Below are positions 56,094 to 64,000 of a DNA stretch of 64,000 nucleotides, one piece after another; the stretch's first letter is position 1; the number at the start of each line of letters is the position of its first letter. Origin of the DNA: a virus; IMG/VR virus record IMGVR_UViG_3300031963_014654, positions 6,502 to 70,501 of that record; one strand, 5' to 3'. The translations under genes and the position numbers were made by a program. The notes beneath the pieces were generated by a model. That model did not search any database, was not told the DNA's origin, and saw only the letters and a list, made by a program, of their open reading frames with translations.

Positions 56094-58049
56094 TTATGTT
56101 CCTATTATTCCGTGTGTTGTTAAATCGTCAATTAGAGCTTTTAAAGTTTGTGCTAATTGCGTTACTGTTGCTGTTGTTGTAGCATACCCTGCTCTTGATG
56201 CTGTTCCTGTTGGAGAAGTCCACCCTGTTACGCGTGGGCCTAATACTTGTGTTCCTGTATTAAATAAATTTCCATTTAATAAATTCAACTTCCCATCAAC
56301 TCCCAATGCATAAGAATTGGTTATTGTTGCATTTGATCCTACTATTGGTGCCCCTGATACGTAAGCGGTATATGCATTTGTAATAATACTTGCAGCAACA
56401 AAACTATAAGTTGGAGCTTGTATTAAAAATTCGCGTTGTCTTGTTATTGCGCCTGTAGCCCATGTGCGAGTAGCCGATAAATTTGCATTAAAACCAACTA
56501 TTTCGGTGGATGCTGTTTGCCCTGTATTTGAAGCCGATGTAAACGTAAATGGAGTTACTGCTCCTGTTGTTGCTATTCCAGGACTAAACGTAGCTGCTGT
56601 ATTGCTAAATGAAGCTCTTTGACCATTCAAAACTCTAATTTCTACAGTCCCATTTGTTCCAGGAGCATTGACCAACGTTGATGAAGTAGTTGTTAATAAA
56701 GTATAGTTAGTGCCTGTGAGTGATGCACTAACCATGTATATACAAGCATTACTAGAAGATACTGTTTGATCTCTAATTGTTACTGCTGTTGATCCTACAT
56801 CAAAACGTGCTGCTCCGCTTTGGCTCCAAATACTGTATGAATTTGTAATTGATGCATTTGTACTCGCAATTGGTGCTCCGGAAATAGCTAATGTTGCTGC
56901 ATTTGTTATAACACTTGCACCAACAAAACTATAAGTTGGAGCTTGGATTAAAAATTCGCGCTGTGTTGCTATTGCACCGGTAGCCCATTGCCTACCATCG
57001 GTTGTGAATAAAACTCTGTTTATTTCGGCACTTGCTGTTTGATTTGTGTTTGATGCTCCTGTAAATGTAAAATCTACCTGCGCCCCTGTTGTAACTGCTG
57101 TTGGGCTAACTGAAATAGTAGTGCTAAATATAGAACCTCCTGTACTATTAACCCTCCATCTTTCGGTTAATGTACCTGCACTATTTGCTGTTTTAAATAA
57201 TATTCTACCTGGAATTTGGTCGGATGCTATTGTTCCTTCTGCTTCGTGCTCAATTGATGATGAAATTGCAAAATCAGTTCCATCGTAACCTAATGCAAAT
57301 ATGTCTAATATGTTATCGCCACTTTGAATTACTGCAGGAGTTGCAAATGAACCCCTTGCCCTTGTTCCGTAAATAGTTGTTCCCCATGAAGCTGTTGCGC
57401 TTGTTGAATGAAATTCGGCATTTGCTACAGAAGTTGATGAACTATGTACAGAAAATCGCAGTCCAATAGATGAACCACCAATTGTTACTGTAGTAGAATT
57501 TCTACCAAGTGCTAATCTATTATTTGTTTCGTCTAATATAAATGCATTTGCGCTTCCTATAATAACACTTCCTTTTGTTGCATTTATTGTGCTTTGAATT
57601 GTTAAGTTTTCATTGGCTGCTGTTCCACCATAAATAGTTTGCCCTCCCGAAATACCTGTACTTATGTTTGCTGTTACAGTATTAACCAGCCGCGTTAATC
57701 CTGTACTAAATGTTAATGGACGCTCAACTGTGGTTGCATTTGCTAATGTGTATGGCGATACGAATTGATCGGTAACGATACCAGCATCCACAACAAGTTG
57801 CGATGCTTGGTATGGACTTTCGGCATAAAACCATGTTACACCATTTGAATAATATAAACCTGCAGGATAATATGTTCCACCAAGGCTACCTGGCAACCAT
57901 GCTGTTCCTTGTGGTGATTCTACAAAGTAAAATTCATCGGGTGCGGCTGCAGGTAATGGTAATGCGGAATAATTGGCAACAACGCCTGTTATGCCTTTTC
58001 CTGTTGGACCATAAACAGGAAATCCTATATATATTCCTTGATTAAACAT
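56094..58049 (-). CDS. Fibre/spike structural protein
   Basis: 651 aa, T/S/A/G-rich; WATGAI..QREFLIQAPTYSFV occurs twice; C-terminal LKALIDDL..HGII; starts MFNQGIY. Confidence 0.7.
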   Translation of the reverse strand: MFNQGIYIGFPVYGPTGKGITGVVANYSALPLPAAAPDEFYFVESPQGTAWLPGSLGGTYYPAGLYYSNGVTWFYAESPYQASQLVVDAGIVTDQFVSPYTLANATTVERPLTFSTGLTRLVNTVTANISTGISGGQTIYGGTAANENLTIQSTINATKGSVIIGSANAFILDETNNRLALGRNSTTVTIGGSSIGLRFSVHSSSTSVANAEFHSTSATASWGTTIYGTRARGSFATPAVIQSGDNILDIFALGYDGTDFAISSSIEHEAEGTIASDQIPGRILFKTANSAGTLTERWRVNSTGGSIFSTTISVSPTAVTTGAQVDFTFTGASNTNQTASAEINRVLFTTDGRQWATGAIATQREFLIQAPTYSFVGASVITNAATLAISGAPIASTNASITNSYSIWSQSGAARFDVGSTAVTIRDQTVSSSNACIYMVSASLTGTNYTLLTTTSSTLVNAPGTNGTVEIRVLNGQRASFSNTAATFSPGIATTGAVTPFTFTSASNTGQTASTEIVGFNANLSATRTWATGAITRQREFLIQAPTYSFVAASIITNAYTAYVSGAPIVGSNATITNSYALGVDGKLNLLNGNLFNTGTQVLGPRVTGWTSPTGTASRAGYATTTATVTQLAQTLKALIDDLTTHGIIGT

Positions 58050-58407
58050 TTCTACTCAATATTTTATTGAAAAACAAATTAAATGTAATGTTCCAAATTA
58101 ATCCTGCAAATGCTATTAATGCCAAAACAAAACAAAAGTTATTTATGCTTGATTTGCCATAACAAAATGCAATTGCCCAAGCAATGCAAATAAAAATAAT
58201 CATTGCACTTTTAAACAAGTGCCATGCATCTAATTTATATTTTGTGAATGGAATAATTTTAGCTGTACGCCAACTTACATTTGGATTCCAAAAATTTGGA
58301 TCTAATTTATTAAAAACGCTTTTGTGAAAATGCCATGCCAATTTATCCATACATGCATTGCAAATGGCTGCCAAAATAAAAAATAAAATGGTTAATGATA
58401 AAATCAT
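58042..58407 (-). CDS. Membrane protein
   Basis: Three hydrophobic segments; NACMD..FWNP..SW..DAWHLFK. Confidence 0.7.
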   Translation of the reverse strand: MILSLTILFFILAAICNACMDKLAWHFHKSVFNKLDPNFWNPNVSWRTAKIIPFTKYKLDAWHLFKSAMIIFICIAWAIAFCYGKSSINNFCFVLALIAFAGLIWNITFNLFFNKILSRNV

Positions 58408-58622
58408 TTTTTTGAAATACGATTTTTAATTGGATTAATTATCCATGCAAATATTATCATTACAATAGTTAATACTATTGGATAAATTAATGAAATAAAC
58501 ATTGCTGTTTGGCACCAATCAATCCAATTTGCTAATATGCCAAATACAATTGATAGGAATAAGCAAATAAATAACCATCCTATTTTTGTGCAAAATATTT
58601 GTTGGAGCATAAATTTGTTCAT
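58404..58622 (-). CDS. Small membrane protein
   Basis: Two TM helices. Confidence 0.6.
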   Translation of the reverse strand: MNKFMLQQIFCTKIGWLFICLFLSIVFGILANWIDWCQTAMFISLIYPIVLTIVMIIFAWIINPIKNRISKK

Positions 58623-58927
58623 TTTAATTCAACTGTTACTTTGTAACCTTGTTTTTTTAATTGTTTTGCAAGTTCGTCCGAAGCAAGCTGTACTGTTTGT
58701 TCTTTTACTTTAAAATTGTATCCCGATGAATGTAATTCATCAATTTCCAATATGTTGCTATTTGCTTTAAATGCTTGCTTTGTTTCGTAAATATACAATC
58801 CTGCATTTACATTTTTACCGCATGGAGCAAATGAAAATTCGGTACGAACATATACTTTTTTAACATCAATGCTTGTGCCTTTAATGTTTAATTTTTTAGT
58901 TTTGGTGCTTTCTATAATTAGTGCCAT
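58619..58927 (-). CDS. Hypothetical protein, possible fibre chaperone
   Basis: 102 aa directly after a fibre gene. Confidence 0.5.
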   Translation of the reverse strand: MALIIESTKTKKLNIKGTSIDVKKVYVRTEFSFAPCGKNVNAGLYIYETKQAFKANSNILEIDELHSSGYNFKVKEQTVQLASDELAKQLKKQGYKVTVELK

Positions 58928-58949
58928 TGTTTATGCTTTTAGTAATATT

Positions 58950-60026
58950 TTATATAGTATATAGTAATATTTTATAATTTGTTCCATTTATTTTTACTAG
59001 CCATGTAGCATCGCTTGTTACTGCTTCGGCTGTAACTGCTCCTGCATTTGTTGCTGCAGAGCCAATTACAAATTGATTATTGCCTGTTATTGTTGCGCCA
59101 TGACCAATTGCAATGCTGCCCGAATCTGCAGCATTGGTAACTGCTGTTTCTGCACCAATAATGGTAAGTTTTTGGCCTGTTGTTAATATTGTTGCTGCTG
59201 AATTATAGCCTATTAATGTATTGTAAGATCCTATTGTTACAGAAGAACCTGCTCCTGCACCAATTGCGGTATTGTAATCGGCCGAAGATTGATTTCCTAG
59301 TACATTCCACCCAACTGCCGTACACTTTGTTCCTGTTGAATTATACATTGAATTGTATCCAATTGCTGTATTTTGACCACCAGATGCACCAGAACCAATT
59401 GCATATGCGCCAATAGCTGTGTTTTGACTTGTAGTAGAACTAAACAATGATCTGTAGCCAATTGCTGTATTAGAATCTGATGTTGAATTTGAAAAAAGTG
59501 ATTGCGATCCAATTGCAACACAATATGAACCCGAAGTAAGGTTTCTTAATGCTTGGTATCCGAATGCTATATTAAATGAGCCGGAGGTTAAATTATTTAG
59601 GGTATTTGAGCCTAAAGTAGCATTTGTTCCTCCTGTTAAAGTACTATTTCCAGAAGAATCTCCAATAAATATATTGGCTATTGTTCCATTTGGATTTATA
59701 TAAAATATTTTTTCGGAACCAATCCAATATCCATTTAGCGAGCTTACTGCACCATCGTTACGAACATAAAACAAATTGGAAACAGTACTGCTATCGGCAC
59801 GGAATGCATACGTGCCCGAAGTGTTTCCTGCACCAACTACATGTAATTTTGCACCTAATGATGATGAAATATTAATTCCAACATTTGTACCATTATCGAA
59901 TATTTGGCTATTGCCAATGGTAACTCCATTTGGTGTCCATTTTGCAACATAATTAACGGTACCGGATCCACCAACGAATCCACCTGTCATTTGTGTGCTT
60001 TGGTGATATATTCCTTGATTAAACAT
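58950..60026 (-). CDS. Fibre/adhesin with YadA-head-like beta-roll repeats
   Basis: Repeated NTAIG..(S/A)L units; GSGTVNYVAKW..IGNSQIFDNGTNVGI; starts MFNQGIY. Confidence 0.75.
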   Translation of the reverse strand: MFNQGIYHQSTQMTGGFVGGSGTVNYVAKWTPNGVTIGNSQIFDNGTNVGINISSSLGAKLHVVGAGNTSGTYAFRADSSTVSNLFYVRNDGAVSSLNGYWIGSEKIFYINPNGTIANIFIGDSSGNSTLTGGTNATLGSNTLNNLTSGSFNIAFGYQALRNLTSGSYCVAIGSQSLFSNSTSDSNTAIGYRSLFSSTTSQNTAIGAYAIGSGASGGQNTAIGYNSMYNSTGTKCTAVGWNVLGNQSSADYNTAIGAGAGSSVTIGSYNTLIGYNSAATILTTGQKLTIIGAETAVTNAADSGSIAIGHGATITGNNQFVIGSAATNAGAVTAEAVTSDATWLVKINGTNYKILLYTI

Positions 60027-60029
60027 CGT

Positions 60030-60293
60030 TTACCAAATTACTTTAATTAATAACGTTGTGCCTGTTGCATCATACGTGCAACCTTCGGCATAGGCTTTGC
60101 CTACAAATGGATATGTTTCGGCTGTTCCTGCAGGTATTGTTTGCCCATCGAATGTTGCATCGGCTGCACCTGTATTAAGGATTCCTAACATAAAAAATCC
60201 TCCGTCAATTGTTCCTTTATCGGATACGGTTGCTGAACTACGATATGCTTTTTCTGGTACCGGTTGGTTTACTGCGCGTGTTATACTTGACAT
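60030..60293 (-). CDS. Small beta-rich structural protein (possible vertex/penton)
   Basis: 87 aa, immediately upstream of the spike genes; function inferred. Confidence 0.4.
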   Translation of the reverse strand: MSSITRAVNQPVPEKAYRSSATVSDKGTIDGGFFMLGILNTGAADATFDGQTIPAGTAETYPFVGKAYAEGCTYDATGTTLLIKVIW

Positions 60294-60296
60294 TGT

Positions 60297-60677
60297 TTAA
60301 AATATTTGATTAAGTTGTACTTGTTGTTTTACTTGCCTTTTTATTAAGTAAAAATATTCCATGGAGCCTTCAAATTTTATTTGAACATCAATTTTGGCAA
60401 CACTTTGCTCATTGGCATATTTTTGAATTATTTCGTGTAATTTTTGTTCTACTTTGCCTTCGTTGGTAATAAACTTTTCCAACATATTTAGCTTCAAAAT
60501 TTCATTTATTGTAGCATATTTTAAAAACTTCATGTTTTGATACAATTCGTATTTTAAATTTCCGCTTGCATTGTTAGAAACAATAAGTTTTAAATCGGTT
60601 TGCTTTGCATTAAATGCAATTGATTGTGAAATAAAGAACTCCGAAATTTTACTTTCTACTGTTTTTGTAATATCCAT
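60297..60677 (-). CDS. Hypothetical protein
   Basis: 126-aa ORF. Confidence 0.55.
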   Translation of the reverse strand: MDITKTVESKISEFFISQSIAFNAKQTDLKLIVSNNASGNLKYELYQNMKFLKYATINEILKLNMLEKFITNEGKVEQKLHEIIQKYANEQSVAKIDVQIKFEGSMEYFYLIKRQVKQQVQLNQIF

Positions 60678-60680
60678 TTT

Positions 60681-61364
60681 TTATCGAATTAAAGTTTTTA
60701 CTGCGTAGGCTGTTCCAATTGTGGATGCTGCACCTACAATACAACCGCCCAAAAATACGAAAATCTTTTGGTTTTTTGGTGGTTTTACAGTAAAATTTTT
60801 TAATTCAATGGTTTGTGTATGCGTATTTAGGTTTGTTACTGTTATTTCGGGAATGCGAGCTTTGTACCATTTTGGCTTGTTGTATCTTACAACATAATCA
60901 AATTCATTAAATACTTTGTAATCCAGGTGAAACGAATCTTTATTGGCTGTAATACTAAAATCTTCCCAACGGTTTTTAAATTTTGTAGCATAGGTTGGAT
61001 ACAAATACGTTGTATCATTTTTTGTAATGGTATCGTATTTTGTGATGGCTGTTCCGCTATTAATGGAATTGCCTGTAACTGTTCCGTGAACGGTTGCCGA
61101 AATAGTGTGCTTATCAACAATGCTTTGCAAGTGTGCAATAGTGCTGTCTTTTCCTGCCTCTATTTTTTTAAAATCGGCAACCGTGCCTTGCATAATTGCT
61201 ATTGTGCTCTCATATTGTCCTTTTTCGTTTTTTTGAGTTCTTATGGTATCACTTTTTGCTGAATTTATGTTATCAGCATCAGTTAATTTACCACATGTTT
61301 TTATGTTAAGGAAAATAAGCGCAATTAATGCCAAGGCAAGTGCTATAATTATTTTAGTTTTCAA
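60681..61364 (-). CDS. Spanin-like protein (N- and C-terminal hydrophobic anchors)
   Basis: N-terminal TM, T-rich middle, C-terminal hydrophobic segment; follows a holin-like gene. Confidence 0.45.
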   Translation of the reverse strand: MKTKIIIALALALIALIFLNIKTCGKLTDADNINSAKSDTIRTQKNEKGQYESTIAIMQGTVADFKKIEAGKDSTIAHLQSIVDKHTISATVHGTVTGNSINSGTAITKYDTITKNDTTYLYPTYATKFKNRWEDFSITANKDSFHLDYKVFNEFDYVVRYNKPKWYKARIPEITVTNLNTHTQTIELKNFTVKPPKNQKIFVFLGGCIVGAASTIGTAYAVKTLIR

Positions 61365-61587
61365 TATTGGGTGTTTGGTTGTTTTGTACTGAATTTTCTT
61401 TTGTTTTGAAACGGCTTAAATATCCTCCAAATGCAATGATTCCGGATAATGCTAATTTAAAACAATTTTTTTGGTCCAACTCAAAGTTTTCCCAATCAAT
61501 AGTAATCCAGGCATTTGCAATGGCTACCAATGCACCAATTACGGTTGCCGACCAATCGGCTAATTTGCGTTTTAATGTTTTTGTCAT
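61354..61587 (-). CDS. Holin-like two-TM protein
   Basis: W.AT.IG..IDW..L..GIIAFGGY. Confidence 0.55.
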   Translation of the reverse strand: MTKTLKRKLADWSATVIGALVAIANAWITIDWENFELDQKNCFKLALSGIIAFGGYLSRFKTKENSVQNNQTPNIEN

Positions 61588-61588
61588 A

Positions 61589-61834
61589 TTATGCTGTTTT
61601 ATCTGCTTCGTTATCTAATTTATTTGCTGCAGGCAATAGTGCTAATCGAGTAGCACCACCAATTACAATTGAGCCTAACAATCCAAATCCAACGTATCCC
61701 CAAAATCCTGTTTTACGTTTGTATGCAATAATTAATCCTACAATTAATCCAATTGTTCCGCCTGCATAGGCAATGGTAATTAATGTGCGTAACTTTTTAC
61801 GTTGTTCGGGTGTGTAATTTTCTAAATCGTTCAT
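61589..61834 (-). CDS. Small two-TM membrane protein
   Basis: GG.IGLIVGLIIAYKRKTGFWGYVGFGLLG. Confidence 0.65.
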   Translation of the reverse strand: MNDLENYTPEQRKKLRTLITIAYAGGTIGLIVGLIIAYKRKTGFWGYVGFGLLGSIVIGGATRLALLPAANKLDNEADKTA

Positions 61835-61837
61835 GGT

Positions 61838-62344
61838 TTAGCAACTTGTTATTTGTTGATTACTTGGTGCAAGTATTTCGGCTAAAGTCATTGATGTATC
61901 TATACTCAAATTGTTTACCGAAATAATGCTTGTTTTGATGTTAAATTTGCCTTTAATATGAATACGCACCTGGTTAAAATCCTGTGCAATTGCAGCAAAG
62001 CCTTGTTTTACCAAATTGCTTGGATCAAAGTTTGCGGTAAGTGTAATATCGGTTGAAGCATTGCGCGTAATTACATGCCTATTGGATTGATTTAGCTTTG
62101 CTACAAAGTTATTATTGATATAAATATCAAATGTTTCACCGGTAGCAAGCAAATCAATATCCGATTTGTTTGTAATACGCAATGTAATACTTAATTGAGC
62201 ATTTTTACCAAACAAGCCTGTTAAACGGTGATTAACCATTTTAACGCATGTTTTTTTAAGCAATGTAATTTGGTTAAATAATAAATAACCTCCATACGTT
62301 GCTGCAAGTAAAAGTGCCGAAATTAAGATATACTTTGGTTTCAT
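61838..62344 (-). CDS. Membrane-anchored LEA_2/WHy-like protein
   Basis: N-terminal TM; LSITLRITNKSDIDL..FDIYINNNFVA. Confidence 0.55.
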   Translation of the reverse strand: MKPKYILISALLLAATYGGYLLFNQITLLKKTCVKMVNHRLTGLFGKNAQLSITLRITNKSDIDLLATGETFDIYINNNFVAKLNQSNRHVITRNASTDITLTANFDPSNLVKQGFAAIAQDFNQVRIHIKGKFNIKTSIISVNNLSIDTSMTLAEILAPSNQQITSC

Positions 62345-62559
62345 TATGCTCGCGATGTTACTGTTTGTTGTGTAATTTGCGGTGTGCTTGGTGGTGGATT
62401 TAACACTACAGGCTTACCATTTGATGTTACTATTGGCGGAGCCAATGCAGGGCTTGCTGCACCAGATGGTGTTTGTTTGGCTTTGTATGCTTTGTAACCA
62501 AAATACGCAATTGCACCCAATACGATTGCAATTCCTCCGAAGATTAATACTTTTTTCAT
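62344..62559 (-). CDS. Small single-TM protein with Pro/Thr-rich tail
   Basis: Likely start MKKVLIF at 62559. Confidence 0.65.
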   Translation of the reverse strand: MKKVLIFGGIAIVLGAIAYFGYKAYKAKQTPSGAASPALAPPIVTSNGKPVVLNPPPSTPQITQQTVTSRA

Positions 62560-62563
62560 GTTT

Positions 62564-62668
62564 TTAGTCGTTTGGAGTTTCTTGTGATTTTTTGTATGCT
62601 TTGTAACCAAAGTAAGATACTGTTCCTACTACGGCCAAAATTAATGTGATGATGATTACTTTTTTCAT
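62564..62668 (-). CDS. 34-aa single-TM microprotein, paralogue of 62344..62559 (not in track)
   Basis: MKKVIIITLILAVVGTVSYFGYKAYKKSQETPND vs MKKVLIFGGIAIVLGAIAYFGYKAYKAKQTP. Confidence 0.7.
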   Translation of the reverse strand: MKKVIIITLILAVVGTVSYFGYKAYKKSQETPND

Positions 62669-62694
62669 GGCTTTGTTGTTTGGGTTTTTATGGT

Positions 62695-62997
62695 TTATTT
62701 TTTACTTGATTTTTTTACTGCAATAATTCCTAAAACAATTAATGTAACTGATACAAATGCAACTAATAACCATTGCATTGGTGTTATTTTTTTAAATGTA
62801 TCTGAAACAGTTTGCGATGCATTTACAGTTGTGTATTGTTGCTGATTGTAAACAGGTGGCTTTTGTTGGCTTGCTGCATAAGCCGTTCCGCCTGTTGTTA
62901 TTAATGCCGTAATTGCATTCCACATTCCTGTTTGTGCTTCGGGTGTCATTGCTTTGTTAGAAACAATTTCTGCGTTTCGTGTGTTTGTGCTATACAT
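62695..62997 (-). CDS. Membrane protein with C-terminal TM and basic tail
   Basis: WLLVAFVSVTLIVLGIIAVKKSSKK. Confidence 0.65.
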   Translation of the reverse strand: MYSTNTRNAEIVSNKAMTPEAQTGMWNAITALITTGGTAYAASQQKPPVYNQQQYTTVNASQTVSDTFKKITPMQWLLVAFVSVTLIVLGIIAVKKSSKK

Positions 62998-63015
62998 GAT
63001 TTTGTTTTTTTTGAT

Positions 63016-63219
63016 TTATTCTTCTATTCTTTTTGGTGCTTTTATTAATGCTCCAATGCTGTATCCTACTGCTGATCCTAAAAAACTAATAGCAACAATG
63101 CCCAATACGCTTTTTTTGGTTGCAATTGCATAAACTAATCCAGCCAAAAACAATGTACCGGCCAACTTAATGGTCCATGTATTGTATTGATATTTGCCTA
63201 AATTATATGAATCGCTCAT
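63016..63219 (-). CDS. Small two-TM membrane protein
   Basis: Same TM-KK-TM layout as 61589..61834. Confidence 0.65.
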   Translation of the reverse strand: MSDSYNLGKYQYNTWTIKLAGTLFLAGLVYAIATKKSVLGIVAISFLGSAVGYSIGALIKAPKRIEE

Positions 63220-63361
63220 TGTTAGTATTTTGTTTAAAAGTTTTTGGCGTTACAGTTGTTTTTTTGTATCTTTGCACCACGTTCATCTCCTACCGGAAGT
63301 TGTTTGCAATTTACGCTTATTGCATCAACAAAAATAGCCTGATACTTGTATCGGGCTTTTT

Positions 63362-63736
63362 TTATTTTGCATATACAAGCGATGCTGCTACATAGGTATT
63401 TGTACCTACACGGTAAAATTTGCTTCCTGCTAAATTCTCTTCGGAATAAGCCATTCCCATCCACTCGTCCTTTTTACCAATTTTGCGTACCGAACCATTT
63501 GAATAAACCTCTTTTACTCCATCCTGTTTTGCATACACATTTTTACCAACTAAACTTGTTGGTGCTGTTGTTGCAGCTCCACCTGTTGTATTACCGCCTG
63601 TTGTGTTTCCGCCTGCTGCTGGTGCTGCACCTGTAGTAGATGCTTTTGATGGTTTGTAGATTAAAAAATAATATGAAATAGCTGCAACCAATGCACCTAC
63701 TCCTAAAATTAATCCAACTTTTGCGTTTTTTTTCAT
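63362..63736 (-). CDS. Membrane-anchored protein with linker and small SH3-like domain
   Basis: N-terminal TM, GGNTTGGNTTGG linker, beta-rich C-terminus. Confidence 0.55.
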   Translation of the reverse strand: MKKNAKVGLILGVGALVAAISYYFLIYKPSKASTTGAAPAAGGNTTGGNTTGGAATTAPTSLVGKNVYAKQDGVKEVYSNGSVRKIGKKDEWMGMAYSEENLAGSKFYRVGTNTYVAASLVYAK

Positions 63737-63737
63737 G

Positions 63738-63992
63738 TTACTTTTTTGTGTTTTTTGCTATATCGTAAATAAAATATCCTAATCCAAGTGCTGTTACTAA
63801 TACTGCTGTTGCAATAAGCCATGGAAATGGTTTTTTAGCTTGTATTTCTACTACTTCCAACTGACTACCAGATTCTAATTCAAAATTTTGAATTGTGGTA
63901 CATGGGCTTGCAATACATTGTTGCGCAATTGGCTGCACTACCTGTTTTTTCATTCCTACAAATGATGCTGTTACATAACTTCCATTTGGCAC
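63738..63992 (-). CDS. Membrane protein with C-terminal TM (start uncertain at window edge)
   Basis: PWLIATAVLVTALGLGYFIY..KK. Confidence 0.55.
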   Translation of the reverse strand: MPNGSYVTASFVGMKKQVVQPIAQQCIASPCTTIQNFELESGSQLEVVEIQAKKPFPWLIATAVLVTALGLGYFIYDIAKNTKK

Positions 63993-64000
63993 AAAAAAAG

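Noticed and set aside
54083-60026. Diversity-generating retroelement (TR/VR) among the fibre repeats
   Set aside because: No reverse transcriptase in the window; the repeats are in-frame intragenic duplications with only two differences
338-63636. All plus-strand ORFs in the track (e.g. 10821..11636, 13785..14378, 3610..4128)
   Set aside because: Nearly all are antisense shadows of longer minus-strand genes; none has a recognisable motif

Overview
AT-rich (roughly 30% GC by eye), gene-dense segment of a virus genome. Essentially every credible gene is on the minus strand; the plus-strand ORFs are shadows. Several TTTG-N19/20-TAnnTT(T/A)G promoters, a lipoprotein signal and the near absence of Shine-Dalgarno sites point to a Bacteroidota host. 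I see no terminase, portal, HK97 capsid, tail or polymerase gene in the window. Instead there are three paralogous beta-rich capsid-like proteins (1-2111), an FtsK/HerA (A32-like) packaging-type ATPase, many small membrane proteins and three fibre/spike proteins, which suggests a large tailless, probably membrane-containing virus (inference). It also carries a split DarB-like antirestriction locus with a 2792-aa polyvalent protein, a tRNA-Asn, about 15 dispersed glycosyltransferase and small-molecule methyltransferase genes (including a GT11 + GT6 pair), and a Dam-like methyltransferase frameshifted at a G13 tract. The best candidate for a new system is at 47210-50595: a tyrosine recombinase lacking the IntI-specific insertion, an attI-like GTT site, and three cassettes closed by attC-like hairpins. 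Each cassette has self-complementary ends and carries a reverse-oriented DNA methyltransferase, so it looks like a virus-borne, non-canonical integron that shuffles methyltransferases. Family assignments come from motif recognition by eye; no searches were run.
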